DNA from: a virus | Virus record (IMG/VR): IMGVR_UViG_3300020034_000007 | Location: 11,924-75,923 of that record | Strand: one strand, 5' to 3' | Length of the DNA: 64,000 nucleotides | In this document: positions 29,519-38,795 of the stretch, in pieces | Position numbering within the stretch: the stretch's first letter is position 1 | How the letters are laid out: each line of letters opens with the position of its first letter | The notes under the pieces: generated by a model | The model's input: only the letters and a program-made list of their open reading frames with translations | The model's database searches: none | What the model was told of the DNA's origin: nothing | Made by a program: the position numbers and the translations under genes

Positions 29519-29713
29519 TTACCCCTCAAGGTGGATTGACCCACTCGTGAGAATATAACCCGCTAACCAGAGGCTTTCAAGCCTAGTGAATCCTGCCGTT
29601 TGAAACGACAGAAACGCCTCATGAACAGCTGCTACGCTATCGCCTAGAGGACTCTCGCCAAACTGCTGGCTCATCTCTTCAGCCTTGGCTCGGATCTCTT
29701 CCTCACTTGCCAT
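29519..29713 (-). CDS. Hypothetical protein
   Basis: 64 aa; operon packing. Confidence 0.6.
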   Translation of the reverse strand: MASEEEIRAKAEEMSQQFGESPLGDSVAAVHEAFLSFQTAGFTRLESLWLAGYILTSGSIHLEG

Positions 29714-29843
29714 TCTTCTTGTCCTCTCTTGCGGCCTTCTTCTCGTATCTATTCAGCCTTCTCTGTGCCTTTTTTAACTTTCTGTACGAGTCTTTGGCAG
29801 CTTCTGCCTGTGGATCAGGATCAGGACCCCAGATTTGTGCCAT
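29703..29843 (-). CDS. Small basic protein
   Basis: ATG 29843 with SD ggagg; 46 aa. Confidence 0.55.
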   Translation of the reverse strand: MAQIWGPDPDPQAEAAKDSYRKLKKAQRRLNRYEKKAAREDKKNGK

Positions 29844-29857
29844 CTGTGCATTCCCTC

Positions 29858-30106
29858 CTAGGTATGGATAGGTTTGGGCGCCGGTAGCTCCGCAGTGATC
29901 ACCGTTCGGCCGGATAGGACGGCACCACGGCGTGCCGGATCGATCCATGAATGCCATTCCGTGCCGTCATTGCACTCATGCCAGTTCAGTGGGTGAGTCT
30001 TGCGCTTCATGCACCGAAGCCAGGCATGCTCTTGGTCGAAAGAGGTACAACGAACCTCATCCTTAAGCGGGGGGAGGCTTCTTTTCACTGATCCTACGCT
30101 TGACAC
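29858..30106 (-). CDS. Cys/His-rich hypothetical protein
   Basis: C...H..LRC...H...WHEC pattern. Confidence 0.55.
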   Translation of the reverse strand: MSSVGSVKRSLPPLKDEVRCTSFDQEHAWLRCMKRKTHPLNWHECNDGTEWHSWIDPARRGAVLSGRTVITAELPAPKPIHT

Positions 30107-30111
30107 AGGTT

Positions 30112-30375
30112 TTACTTTCTTTTTGGTCCATAGGCAGCCGGGGGCGGACTCATCTTACCTCGGCACATCTGTTTAGCCATGGCTGGCTTGAAAATCATAC
30201 CACATCTCATGCAAGCTACGTTAATCTTGGCCAGATGATCTGTGTTAATTGGAAGATCTTGATTCAATAGCTGCTCAACAGTCTCTCTGTTGAAGGCAAA
30301 TAGCATCTCAGCTATCCACAGATGAGCGAAGTTAGACTCTGCTTCTTTGGCCATTTCGGCGATGTCTACCGGCAT
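30112..30375 (-). CDS. Hypothetical Zn-binding protein
   Basis: ATG 30375 with SD gaaagg; CMRCG motif. Confidence 0.6.
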   Translation of the reverse strand: MPVDIAEMAKEAESNFAHLWIAEMLFAFNRETVEQLLNQDLPINTDHLAKINVACMRCGMIFKPAMAKQMCRGKMSPPPAAYGPKRK

Positions 30376-30489
30376 TACTGTCCTTTCTTTTAGAGATATA
30401 GAGCTGGATGGATCGGTAAAGACAGAGTAGTAACACGGCAGCGTTAGCACCCCAGATGGACCAGATAACTACCCACTGCCAGGCTAACA

Positions 30490-30684
30490 TCAGGAAAAAC
30501 CCACTCCTCTTCTTATCATCTCAATTATAGATTTCTGCTGCTCTAAAGTTAACTTAGGCGGTAATGATTCATGGGGGCAGATAGTAAAATTCTCTTCGTC
30601 GTCATAAGTCTTACCGCACGGTGCACCCTCGGGCATTAACTTCTGCATGAATTGCCAGTACTCAACGTTACAGGTTACTATCAC
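30490..30684 (-). CDS. Hypothetical protein
   Basis: CGKTYDD...ICPH. Confidence 0.6.
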   Translation of the reverse strand: MIVTCNVEYWQFMQKLMPEGAPCGKTYDDEENFTICPHESLPPKLTLEQQKSIIEMIRRGVGFS

Positions 30685-30887
30685 TACGAAACCATTCTGT
30701 ACTGAATCTCAACTTTCCAGAGACTCACAGCACCACTGAAATCCTTTTCCTGTGCACTTGCATCAATGCGTACAATATCAATGCCCGACATACTCCCGAA
30801 GTATTCCTTAGCCTGCTTATGACAAGCATCCTTCGCTCTCAGTCGTGTGCCACCGAAAGCTTCTATTGATAAAAATTCAGGTATCAT
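30684..30887 (-). CDS. Hypothetical protein
   Basis: TAATG coupling at 30887. Confidence 0.6.
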   Translation of the reverse strand: MIPEFLSIEAFGGTRLRAKDACHKQAKEYFGSMSGIDIVRIDASAQEKDFSGAVSLWKVEIQYRMVS

Positions 30888-31078
30888 TACAAGTATTCCA
30901 CCTTTCCTCGACCGATCGCATGAAAAGCACACAGATACATTTTACGAGTGTGCTTAACTTGGCCAGTTGTTGAATCAGTCTGCAATAGAGTTAAGTATCC
31001 TACAATTGAACCTTTACACTTATCTTGCTCTCCAGTTCGGTGCCATCTACTGCGATGATAACACTGAAGATCACTCAT
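30887..31078 (-). CDS. Hypothetical Cys/His protein
   Basis: 63 aa; translational coupling. Confidence 0.55.
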   Translation of the reverse strand: MSDLQCYHRSRWHRTGEQDKCKGSIVGYLTLLQTDSTTGQVKHTRKMYLCAFHAIGRGKVEYL

Positions 31079-31521
31079 TACCTTTTCTTTCCGTGCATGA
31101 AGGCGCGCGTGTAGTTGTAATCCATCTTGCGAGCAACCAGGTCATCAGCATCGTGCCCTAGTGTCTTAATCGTTTCTAATAGCCTGATGATACAGTCGGC
31201 TAGCTCATAAGGCGCACCCTCAGGCTTAAGCGCGCCTGCCAGGATCTTATCTAGTGAGATAAGATACACATAGGTCGCATGACGAACAGTCTCGCCCTTG
31301 ATATACTTCTTTCCACCTGAGGTAAAGTCTTCCTTCACCTCATACCAAATTGAGGTTTCATCCTTGTCGAGCAACCGAGTCGCCTCGTAAGCCTCAGTGA
31401 GCTCCGTATGAGCCAATGCAATAGTGTCACCAAACGTTCTCGGGTTGTCATAGAAGCCCTGCTTACGAACGTAGTCGTAGAATTCGGTTGCTAGAGCGTC
31501 AAGTGGGCCCATGAGAATCAT
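31078..31521 (-). CDS. MazG-like nucleotide pyrophosphohydrolase
   Basis: IALAHTELTEAYE...KPEGAPYELADCIIR...KMDYNYTRAFMHGK. Confidence 0.88.
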   Translation of the reverse strand: MILMGPLDALATEFYDYVRKQGFYDNPRTFGDTIALAHTELTEAYEATRLLDKDETSIWYEVKEDFTSGGKKYIKGETVRHATYVYLISLDKILAGALKPEGAPYELADCIIRLLETIKTLGHDADDLVARKMDYNYTRAFMHGKKR

Positions 31522-31868
31522 TCTCCTGCCTCGGGGTGTATGTACAGCCAGTCGGGATTCAGCAGCCACCTGTCACCAACGAAGTCAATATCACCAGCTG
31601 ATAGGTACCTACCGAAGTTCTTGTTGCGAGTACCTCCCCATATGATATAGAATCCCGGACAGTTCCGAGTCCAGTGACGATAAGAAACATTACAGATAGA
31701 GCACTTAATTTGAGGACTCTCGGCCCGTAGTGAAACGGTATGATAGTAGACTGAACACTTAGAAACAGATCCTATGCCGGCGTCTAGAAAGTCTTTGTAG
31801 ATGCTCTTGGGTACCTTTGGTGAGTCTAGAGTGATCCAGTTATCAGTACCGCGTTGTAGGTAACTCAC
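31518..31868 (-). CDS. Cys/His domain paralog 3 (CxxC-x6-WT-x2-C-x-G)
   Basis: CSICNVSYRHWTRNCPG...IDFVGDRW. Confidence 0.7.
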   Translation of the reverse strand: MSYLQRGTDNWITLDSPKVPKSIYKDFLDAGIGSVSKCSVYYHTVSLRAESPQIKCSICNVSYRHWTRNCPGFYIIWGGTRNKNFGRYLSAGDIDFVGDRWLLNPDWLYIHPEAGE

Positions 31869-32389
31869 GGTAGATTCTCCCAAACGATATGAGTGCCATC
31901 CTCGTTAACACTTTCGTGATAGGTAGCTGCTCCTACTACAGTGAACGCCTCTTTTTGATTAGCTGCGATGGTATCTGCAACACATTTCTCGATCCACGGC
32001 TTATCGAACCACCAGTCGCCATCCTTGAAATCCAGTCTCGAACCCTGAACCCATGTCTGGGTTGTATCATTTATCCAAGAATAATAACCAGAGCAGTGAG
32101 TTGTCCAGCTGTCATAATACAATCCACACAGTAAACACTGATCGGTACCGATCTCCATAAAGTGATAGTGAGTCCAGACCAAATTCTCACTGCCGAACTC
32201 AGTATGAAGCAGAACATCAGCCGGCACTAGCGGGTCGTTAGAACGTATCCAGCTGTGGTGATCTAAGTCTTCATCAGTGTTGACCTTGTCGCCTAACGCT
32301 GCATTCATCTGCTCGATTACACTGGTAGTTTGGGCGGTCGCTGAATCTAATACTTCGAAAGATACCTTCAAATCTTTATAGTCGACCAT
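31865..32389 (-). CDS. Cys/His domain paralog 2
   Basis: WTHYHF...CLLCGLYYDSWTTHCSG...LDFKDGDW. Confidence 0.75.
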   Translation of the reverse strand: MVDYKDLKVSFEVLDSATAQTTSVIEQMNAALGDKVNTDEDLDHHSWIRSNDPLVPADVLLHTEFGSENLVWTHYHFMEIGTDQCLLCGLYYDSWTTHCSGYYSWINDTTQTWVQGSRLDFKDGDWWFDKPWIEKCVADTIAANQKEAFTVVGAATYHESVNEDGTHIVWENLP

Positions 32390-32972
32390 GACGCCCTAAC
32401 CTCTCCTTGGCACTCAAGTACTGCTCGAGCGATATACCCGTACCTCTTGGTGAACTGTTAGCCAGGTGACTATTGGCGAGATTCTTCTCGGCGGCGACTA
32501 GTCTAGCCGCTTCTCTCCAGGCATCCTTGTTAGCCTTGATATACCTATCTAGGAACTGCGGCTCGACAAACCACTCGCCCGCGTGAAAGTCCACCTGATT
32601 ATGCATGACGCAGTCGTTAACAGTTCTACCTGAAATCCAGTCACCACTACCTGGACAGCTGGTAGTCCAGGTATTCTTAAGCATGCCACACCAAAGACAG
32701 CCCGCCCCGCCTCTTTTAAGAAAGTGCCAGTGAGACCAGAGGTTCGGACTGTGAGAGCCAACCAGCTCATCACGGAGAGGCGCTGGAACCTTGTCACTAG
32801 CACAGTTAACCCAGCCAGCGTTAGCCTTTTGTCTGCCGTAGTGCTCCATAGCCCTGTTCAGTACACTGTAACCTGGATGCGTGTAGCGCGAGCCTGCCAC
32901 GTCACTCCCCCAGAAGTAAGTTAACCTGCTTGCTATCGCGCGAATCATATCACGATAAACGCGCTCATGCAA
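32376..32972 (-). CDS. Cys/His domain paralog 1
   Basis: WSHWHF...CLWCGMLKNTWTTSCPG...VDFHAGEW. Confidence 0.75.
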   Translation of the reverse strand: MHERVYRDMIRAIASRLTYFWGSDVAGSRYTHPGYSVLNRAMEHYGRQKANAGWVNCASDKVPAPLRDELVGSHSPNLWSHWHFLKRGGAGCLWCGMLKNTWTTSCPGSGDWISGRTVNDCVMHNQVDFHAGEWFVEPQFLDRYIKANKDAWREAARLVAAEKNLANSHLANSSPRGTGISLEQYLSAKERLGRHGRL

Positions 32973-32998
32973 GCAGGTTAATCTTGTAACACCTTAGA

Positions 32999-33724
32999 CT
33001 ATTCCGGCGCTACTACTCCACCCGAAGGATCAGGATCCACCCGACCCGAAACTCCGAGATTCACAAACGGATTTACCTTGGCGAACACCGCACACTCGCC
33101 CTCTTCTTTCAACAGCCGCTCGATACTTTCACCCTTAATCCAACCACTACCGTCCACACCCCAGCCTTTCCCCCAAGTATTATCCAACCGGATTAACTCC
33201 CCCTTGTGCTGATACGCCCCAGCTCCGATCGCATGGCCGCCAGAAAGCCCACCCGAGAGCGTAACGATCCCGTCGACACAGTCGAACATCCCGGCGTACC
33301 AGTTGATCCCGAAGTTCACTGCACTGTGAGAACTAATCGCCAGACAGATCTCTTCTACAGTCGTCGCCCAGTAATACGACCCGATCACACCCTTGTCTTT
33401 CAAGCCCTGAGCACTCCCTAGTACTGACGAGCCCTCGTAATCCCGACCTGGGTATTCGTCGTAATCCTTAGCAAGACTATACAACCACTCCGCATTCTCC
33501 TGGCTCAGTTCTGGCTGAGGATCGTCCGGAAAACTGAGAACGGTCGTCCCCGAAAACCCTACACAGCCACCTTCACTCCCCTGATTAAGCCAGGTAACTC
33601 GCTCTCGAGTAAAGTTCTCCGGAATAACTACCGGCAGCCCAAGCGCTCTAACTCGGTGATTCTCATTACGAGTATCCCACCGAGGAACGCGATCCAACGT
33701 CCTACCATTAACAAAGTCGGCCAT
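32999..33724 (-). CDS. Papain-like (C1A) cysteine peptidase
   Basis: NQGSEGGCVGFS, GGHAI and DNTWGKGWG: intact Q/C/H/N catalytic set. Confidence 0.88.
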   Translation of the reverse strand: MADFVNGRTLDRVPRWDTRNENHRVRALGLPVVIPENFTRERVTWLNQGSEGGCVGFSGTTVLSFPDDPQPELSQENAEWLYSLAKDYDEYPGRDYEGSSVLGSAQGLKDKGVIGSYYWATTVEEICLAISSHSAVNFGINWYAGMFDCVDGIVTLSGGLSGGHAIGAGAYQHKGELIRLDNTWGKGWGVDGSGWIKGESIERLLKEEGECAVFAKVNPFVNLGVSGRVDPDPSGGVVAPE

Positions 33725-33788
33725 GCAACAACCCCTAAAAGAGTGATAAGCGCCCTACCTGGGCACATACTACCAGTCTATCAGCCTG

Positions 33789-34298
33789 TCAAGGATATTC
33801 TAATACGACGTCAGGAGTGCTAATTACCACAACAGATACCTCCTGGGCGACAATATATTCCCTACCTGGTGACCAAAAACCATGAATTCTAACTGGCATA
33901 CCCAAGTCTAGCCATTGTTTAATCGGCTCAGTGTCCATAGATTCATACTTAAAATAACACTTAAAACAGATATTTTTACTATCGATAACAGTAAAGAAGC
34001 ACGAAAGAAATGACGATCGTTCTATATTTCCAGGAAAGATTCTATACACTTCATCAACCTTGTTGTCACCGTTTGGCTCTCGTGCAATTTTATCGCACTC
34101 GTACTTATAAAAGACTCTTATAGGTGCTCCTCTAGGTCTAATCATGCGTTTACCAGCTACGTGAATCCTACCCGCAGCTACCATCCTATTAAGCCGTCCT
34201 AGCGTGATGTTTAAATAATCTGTGACCTCCTTTCCTGTTAGTAAATTCTCATCTCCGACTGCTTGGAAATCCAAAAACTTCGATTTATGTTCGTTCAT
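33789..34298 (-). CDS. HTH (MerR/Xis-like) DNA-binding protein with an extra C-terminal beta domain
   Basis: LLTGKEVTDYLNITLGRLNRMVAAGRI; AT-rich gene; ATG 34298. Confidence 0.7.
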   Translation of the reverse strand: MNEHKSKFLDFQAVGDENLLTGKEVTDYLNITLGRLNRMVAAGRIHVAGKRMIRPRGAPIRVFYKYECDKIAREPNGDNKVDEVYRIFPGNIERSSFLSCFFTVIDSKNICFKCYFKYESMDTEPIKQWLDLGMPVRIHGFWSPGREYIVAQEVSVVVISTPDVVLEYP

Positions 34299-34305
34299 AG
34301 TTTTT

Positions 34306-34334
34306 ATTGTACCCCTGTTTGCAAATCGGGCAAG
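34306..34334 (-). promoter_or_regulatory. sigma70-type promoter giving a leaderless mRNA
   Basis: TTGCCC-16-TACAAT, with the ATG 7 nt downstream. Confidence 0.55.
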
Positions 34335-34829
34335 TTTTTTTCGCATATGGTAGGTTACGTATTAATGTGTATGGCTTGCTAATTCGCCGGTCTGCTAGTA
34401 GGCATCCAGCAGACGACCTCTAGGTGCCTCTAGGCCCCGGAATCATTGGGCTAGAGGTATCTCGCTGACAAGCAAACAGCAGACGGTAAAAGAGAGGAGG
34501 AGGAAGAGCTGAATTTAAATCCTGTATTATTAAAATAGAATACCTATCAAGTATGACTATCATTATCTCCGCCAATGATGCCCTATCACCTCGTCCTTGG
34601 GATGGGGTTCCTTAGTCTGCTGTTTGCTGATTCCCAATCAGACCTATCATATCCCCCTCTACTTATATATTAGTAGTAGTAGTATAGTAGTAGGTTATAT
34701 ATACTCTATATAGAGAAGACAATTAGACAACATATCGCTGAAAGCTGCTTCTACTAGTATTGCATGGATGCCACCAATGATAGATGCGGTGTCGGCTCAT
34801 ACGCTAGGTCCAAATGCTACTACCTTCTG

Positions 34830-34907
34830 GGAATTTTTCTGCGCACCGTTCGGTGGTTTAAGTCCTTAGTTATCCAGTCTGACCTCTCGGAATTTTTCTG
34901 CGCACCG
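34830..34907 (+). repeat. 19-bp direct repeat x2 (ggaatttttctgcgcaccg)
   Basis: 34830-34848 and 34889-34907, each followed by nnnggtgg. Confidence 0.9.
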
Positions 34908-35956
34908 AATGGTGGCTATAGCCTGCCACACCACCCCCCACCCAGAATTTAGACATACCCCTCCAGTCGTACATACCCCCCCCTACACCTTGAATTCCAT
35001 CTGTCCGATTTATTACGAATTTCGTTTATTATCGGTTCAGAACGATGTCATACCACCCAGAACTACCCACATAGGATGCCGATAGGGTGGCCTACGGGTA
35101 CATACACCATCAGTCACCACATCAGTCATGCCACTACCCACCACATGCACCCCATTCAGAACGAATCACACTGAACTAGACATCACCTATCACCACCACA
35201 TACATGCATCAGAACGGGTGTGAATAGGCAAAGGTTACGAAGACCATGTTCCACACACACCCTAGACATCACATGCACACCCAGTCATATCCGTTCTTTG
35301 AATCATTCAAGAATCGATCAAATAGTATATTTAACGACTTAGTCAACGAGGTATCATTCTTTCAATTAACTAGACATACCTGCCTACTAACACGGACAAA
35401 CGACTTATACGTTCGTCTATATATCACGCCTAGATAACGGTCCAGTTTTCAATGGTAGATGTATACAGTCTAGCTCAAACACGGACAAAACTACACATAC
35501 TAACTACCACATATCCACCTATACCTACCCAATAGGCCTAGGCGCTAGCACTACACGCTAGGGTAGATTAGGCATCGCACCAATCGGAACGGGTTAGGCC
35601 ACAACACACTAGGCCTAGCTACTAGGGCCGAATGCGTGTACGTTCATTGCATACCTACATAGCGACACGGGATACGGCCATCACGCTAGGTGGCACGTAC
35701 CTATCCCATCCGCACACATAGGTGCGACCACGACTGATATGTCTGGCAATCCACCTATAGGCATGGCCGCCTAGCGATACGTAGATTCGGACTCGATCGC
35801 ACCTACGGGCTACCTACGCCACGCAATAGGAATAGGGATAGGCACACACACCCAGAAATTAGGGGTTGCCGAATTCTGGATCGCATGATAGGGTTGCACT
35901 AGCAACACGGACACCGACTCGGTCCTAGAAATCATAGGACTGGCCGTCCGGTAACA

Positions 35957-36066
35957 CGGGCACCGACTCAAACCCAGTACATATGGGTGCGACTTGCCCG
36001 GCACGCTAGACCGGCCCATCCCGGGCACCGACTCAAACCCAGTACATATGGGTGCGACTTGCCCGG
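35957..36066 (+). repeat. 45-bp perfect direct repeat x2, each self-folding
   Basis: cgggcaccgactcaaacccagtacatatgggtgcgacttgcccgg at 35957-36001 and 36022-36066. Confidence 0.95.
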
Positions 36067-36605
36067 GATGGTGCCGAAAACTAAATACGCCTCACAATGG
36101 ACTTACCCGGGGCGCAAAATGGGGTGAGTAGCGGCTGGAATCCACCATGGATGACTGCCCGAGTATTGCCAGAGTCCGGTATGCCGGACCGGTAGACGCT
36201 CGGAAAAGATCTGTGCAATGGCGCGCCGAAGACTGCGGAGAGTAACCAGACAGTGCGAACGTCCGATGTTATGTCCAGGCATACCTGGGAATTGGGCTAC
36301 TAGGCGAATGGCTAGGGGATGCAGGCTCACATGATCGGAAAGGCCGAAAAGCTAGAAACAAAGCGATTCGAACCCTCACCCCGGTCATATGAGCCTGATA
36401 CGCAGTCGAATGATCCACATCCAGCCTCATCAGGCCGTCATTCCAGGTATGTCCCTGGATAGCGTGATAGTGACTGGATGGGCAATTCAGGTGTTAATTA
36501 CCTGGGTCGCGCTCATTTGGACCAGACTTAGACGAGTTAGCTAGACCAGAACATCCCATAAGTTTGGGGATGTTCCTGTGATGCTAACTGACGGACAAAC
36601 TAAGA

Positions 36606-36634
36606 TTGACAAGTCCGTAGACAGCTGGTAAAAT
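36606..36634 (+). promoter_or_regulatory. sigma70-type early promoter
   Basis: TTGACA-17-TAAAAT with extended TG. Confidence 0.75.
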
Positions 36635-36672
36635 GAGCGCGTGCCCTGGTCATTCTCAAACCTGGGGAGATG

Positions 36673-36777
36673 ATGGCAATGACCTACACCCTACCCCACC
36701 AGACTCCGGTGAGTCGTCCTGTGGTTTCGGGCACACCCGACAAGCCAGCCGAGATTCGAAAGCTGGCCGCACGATGA
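36673..36777 (+). CDS. Small early protein (34 aa)
   Basis: ctggggag SD; coupled by ATGA to the next ORF. Confidence 0.45.
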   Translation: MAMTYTLPHQTPVSRPVVSGTPDKPAEIRKLAAR

Positions 36778-36890
36778 ACCAGTCGTGGCGAATCCACATG
36801 TTCTCAACCAACTACCACATGCTTCGCCGCCAAGGTGTATCAGCCTTTCTAGCCTTCGTGATCGCCCGAAGAGCCGTTCACCACTCCTGA
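36774..36890 (+). CDS. Small early protein (38 aa)
   Basis: ATGA overlap. Confidence 0.45.
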   Translation: MNQSWRIHMFSTNYHMLRRQGVSAFLAFVIARRAVHHS

Positions 36891-36894
36891 CCTG

Positions 36895-36923
36895 TTGTAC
36901 AGGACTCATTATACTGGTATAGT
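36895..36923 (+). promoter_or_regulatory. sigma70-type promoter
   Basis: TTGTAC-17-TATAGT, extended TG. Confidence 0.65.
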
Positions 36924-37031
36924 GGATCCTGTTCGGAGATCAGGTAGCAAGTAGCTGCGAGCACTAACGCTCTGTTGCGCTATGGTAGCCGGTCAAAACT
37001 ACCTGACTCCGACTTACCAAGTGCCTACTAA

Positions 37032-37039
37032 CTGGGGAG
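37032..37039 (+). promoter_or_regulatory. CTGGGGAG start-associated motif (representative copy)
   Basis: Also at 26663, 36662, 42806, 44564, 52220 and 54072, each just upstream of a start codon. Confidence 0.7.
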
Positions 37040-37044
37040 TAACC

Positions 37045-37281
37045 ATGGCACAGTCCGCACCTCGCACCCCTGGATCGCCCAGGCTGCGCTCCCGATCGTT
37101 CATCCAGTCACGCAACCCCGGCGTCAAGAGCTGGGCGCGCAACTCCGTTCCAGCCCGAACGCTCGCTGGTCCGGTGACTGTGCGCATGGTTCAGCCTGTC
37201 GCAATTCAGCCCGGCACCGACCAGGCCGTCATGCGTGATTCATTCGAGTGGTACCGCCCGTACCGAAGGGGCGCACTGTGA
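37045..37281 (+). CDS. Hypothetical early protein
   Basis: ATG 37045 after ctggggag. Confidence 0.6.
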   Translation: MAQSAPRTPGSPRLRSRSFIQSRNPGVKSWARNSVPARTLAGPVTVRMVQPVAIQPGTDQAVMRDSFEWYRPYRRGAL

Positions 37282-37469
37282 TGGCCGAGGAGCTGACGGT
37301 TCAAGACCTTCGTGTCATTCGTCGTGCCCTGAATGAGTATACCAGAGAGCCTCGCGAAGTGCTCGAAACGCGTACTCGTGTCGTCGCTCAACTCGAGGAA
37401 AAACTCGCGACTAGGCACATGGTCGAGACGGGCCACTACCCAACCTGGTATAAGGATGGAGCACACTGA
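37281..37469 (+). CDS. Hypothetical early protein
   Basis: TGATG coupling. Confidence 0.65.
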   Translation: MAEELTVQDLRVIRRALNEYTREPREVLETRTRVVAQLEEKLATRHMVETGHYPTWYKDGAH

Positions 37470-37729
37470 TGCGCATCCAGGCAATGGGTCGCGAACCGTT
37501 CGCACTCACCACTGACGGGTGTCTGATCATCGATCCGATCGGTACTGATTGGCATGACATCGGCCAGAAACTGCCTCACATCTGCAAGCACGAAGGTGAG
37601 GTCTGTGTCGGTTGCCTACCCGACTGGCGGCGCGAATTCTACCTGCGAATCGTCCAGGAGAATGGCGCAATCGATCGGATCGGAACCGACAGACTCCCGC
37701 TCGAAACCCCGACTGGCATCTCCCTTTGA
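37469..37729 (+). CDS. Hypothetical early protein (Cys/His motif)
   Basis: HICKHEGEVCVGC; coupled start. Confidence 0.65.
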   Translation: MRIQAMGREPFALTTDGCLIIDPIGTDWHDIGQKLPHICKHEGEVCVGCLPDWRREFYLRIVQENGAIDRIGTDRLPLETPTGISL

Positions 37730-37840
37730 GATGAGGGTGGGTTCGGTGTCGCACGATAGGTGCAGACCTATCGTGCGTGCGCCGTGGCTACCAGCACGGC
37801 ACCACCTAGCAACCGCCCATCCCACCGAGAGGAGCCCCGC

Positions 37841-38068
37841 ATGTCCACGCAAAACGGACAGTCCGTTGTGATGCGCAAAGTGCGCGACCTACGAACGGGT
37901 GACGTATTCCTCGAGACGAATAACCAGATTTACACTGTCATTCAGTACTACCTATTTGAGGGCAAAGAGGTCTGGGCCGAATCACATCCCGAGCTTCACG
38001 TCCGCGAATACACTGGCCGCGATCTAGACCGAGAGGTACTGGTGACGAAATGTTCAGACGGATTCTAG
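37841..38068 (+). CDS. Hypothetical early protein
   Basis: SD gaggag; KVRDLRTGDVFL (SH3-like start). Confidence 0.65.
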   Translation: MSTQNGQSVVMRKVRDLRTGDVFLETNNQIYTVIQYYLFEGKEVWAESHPELHVREYTGRDLDREVLVTKCSDGF

Positions 38069-38073
38069 ACTGG

Positions 38074-38102
38074 TTGCTTCCGCGTGGCTCCTATGCTACG
38101 GT
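38074..38102 (+). promoter_or_regulatory. sigma70-type promoter
   Basis: TTGCTT-17-TACGGT, extended TG. Confidence 0.5.
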
Positions 38103-38382
38103 GTACTGGACCGACCCGGTGAGCCTGATAACCGTGAAGCGTCAGGCGCTGGTCATCCTAGGCACACAGGACTGACATGCACTCGGTCCTTCTGGGTGTG
38201 GTAGGGTTTGGCCTGTTTGGCTTCTTGGCTGCCTACTTGGTGGACTGTGCTAGGGTGAGCCGAAAGAAGTAAGACAGTGCCGTCTCGTCTAGTCCGGCCG
38301 CTACCCCGACTCAGTACTCATCCGTAGCAACTAGTGTGATGCGTGAGACGCATCCTCTGGGTGACAAGCTGGGTCGGGGTAG

Positions 38383-38411
38383 TTGACCAGACTAGATGAT
38401 AGTGGTAGACT
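38383..38411 (+). promoter_or_regulatory. sigma70-type promoter
   Basis: TTGACC-17-TAGACT, extended TG. Confidence 0.7.
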
Positions 38412-38433
38412 CGAACCAACCTAGGAGGCCTGA

Positions 38434-38610
38434 ATGCCTGACGAAATCACGACACTCTGTCACTACCATTCCGACGCTCAACCGTGGGTACTGACACACG
38501 GTGACCTACTGCAGGCCGTGGATTACGTGCGCGCACAGATCAATTACCCTGTGGTGCGCATGATCGAAATCGTCTGGAATGGTCACATCATTCATACCCA
38601 GAGAGGCTGA
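38434..38610 (+). CDS. Hypothetical early protein (58 aa)
   Basis: SD aggagg; below the ORF-track size cut-off. Confidence 0.65.
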   Translation: MPDEITTLCHYHSDAQPWVLTHGDLLQAVDYVRAQINYPVVRMIEIVWNGHIIHTQRG

Positions 38611-38612
38611 AC

Positions 38613-38795
38613 ATGACCCGACAGGAGTGTGCGACGTTTGGCTGTGACAACCTTGCCATGTGGCACCCGATCGAGGTTGCTAACCGAGTGGCCGGATCAG
38701 CCCGACGCTGTACTCACTGCACGGATGCCATCACCGAGGCAGTCGCCGAACTAGAAAGGGCAGGCTATGAAATTGCTCGCAAGACTGATCGCTAG
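38613..38795 (+). CDS. Small Zn-finger-like protein
   Basis: CATFGC...CTHC. Confidence 0.6.
   Translation: MTRQECATFGCDNLAMWHPIEVANRVAGSARRCTHCTDAITEAVAELERAGYEIARKTDR

Larger units (their letters stand above)
34347..36600. other. Large non-coding divergent region (candidate origin and/or genome terminus)
   Basis: No credible ORF. Contains an AT-rich TAG microsatellite, direct repeats and a C/A-skewed tract; genes diverge from it. Confidence 0.6.

Noticed and set aside
35957-36066. Mini CRISPR array
   Set aside because: Only two full repeats of 45 bp with a single 20-bp spacer, and no cas or leader context.
34764-36330. Short ORFs in the large intergenic region
   Set aside because: No SD, low-complexity composition and no operon coupling; treated as non-coding.
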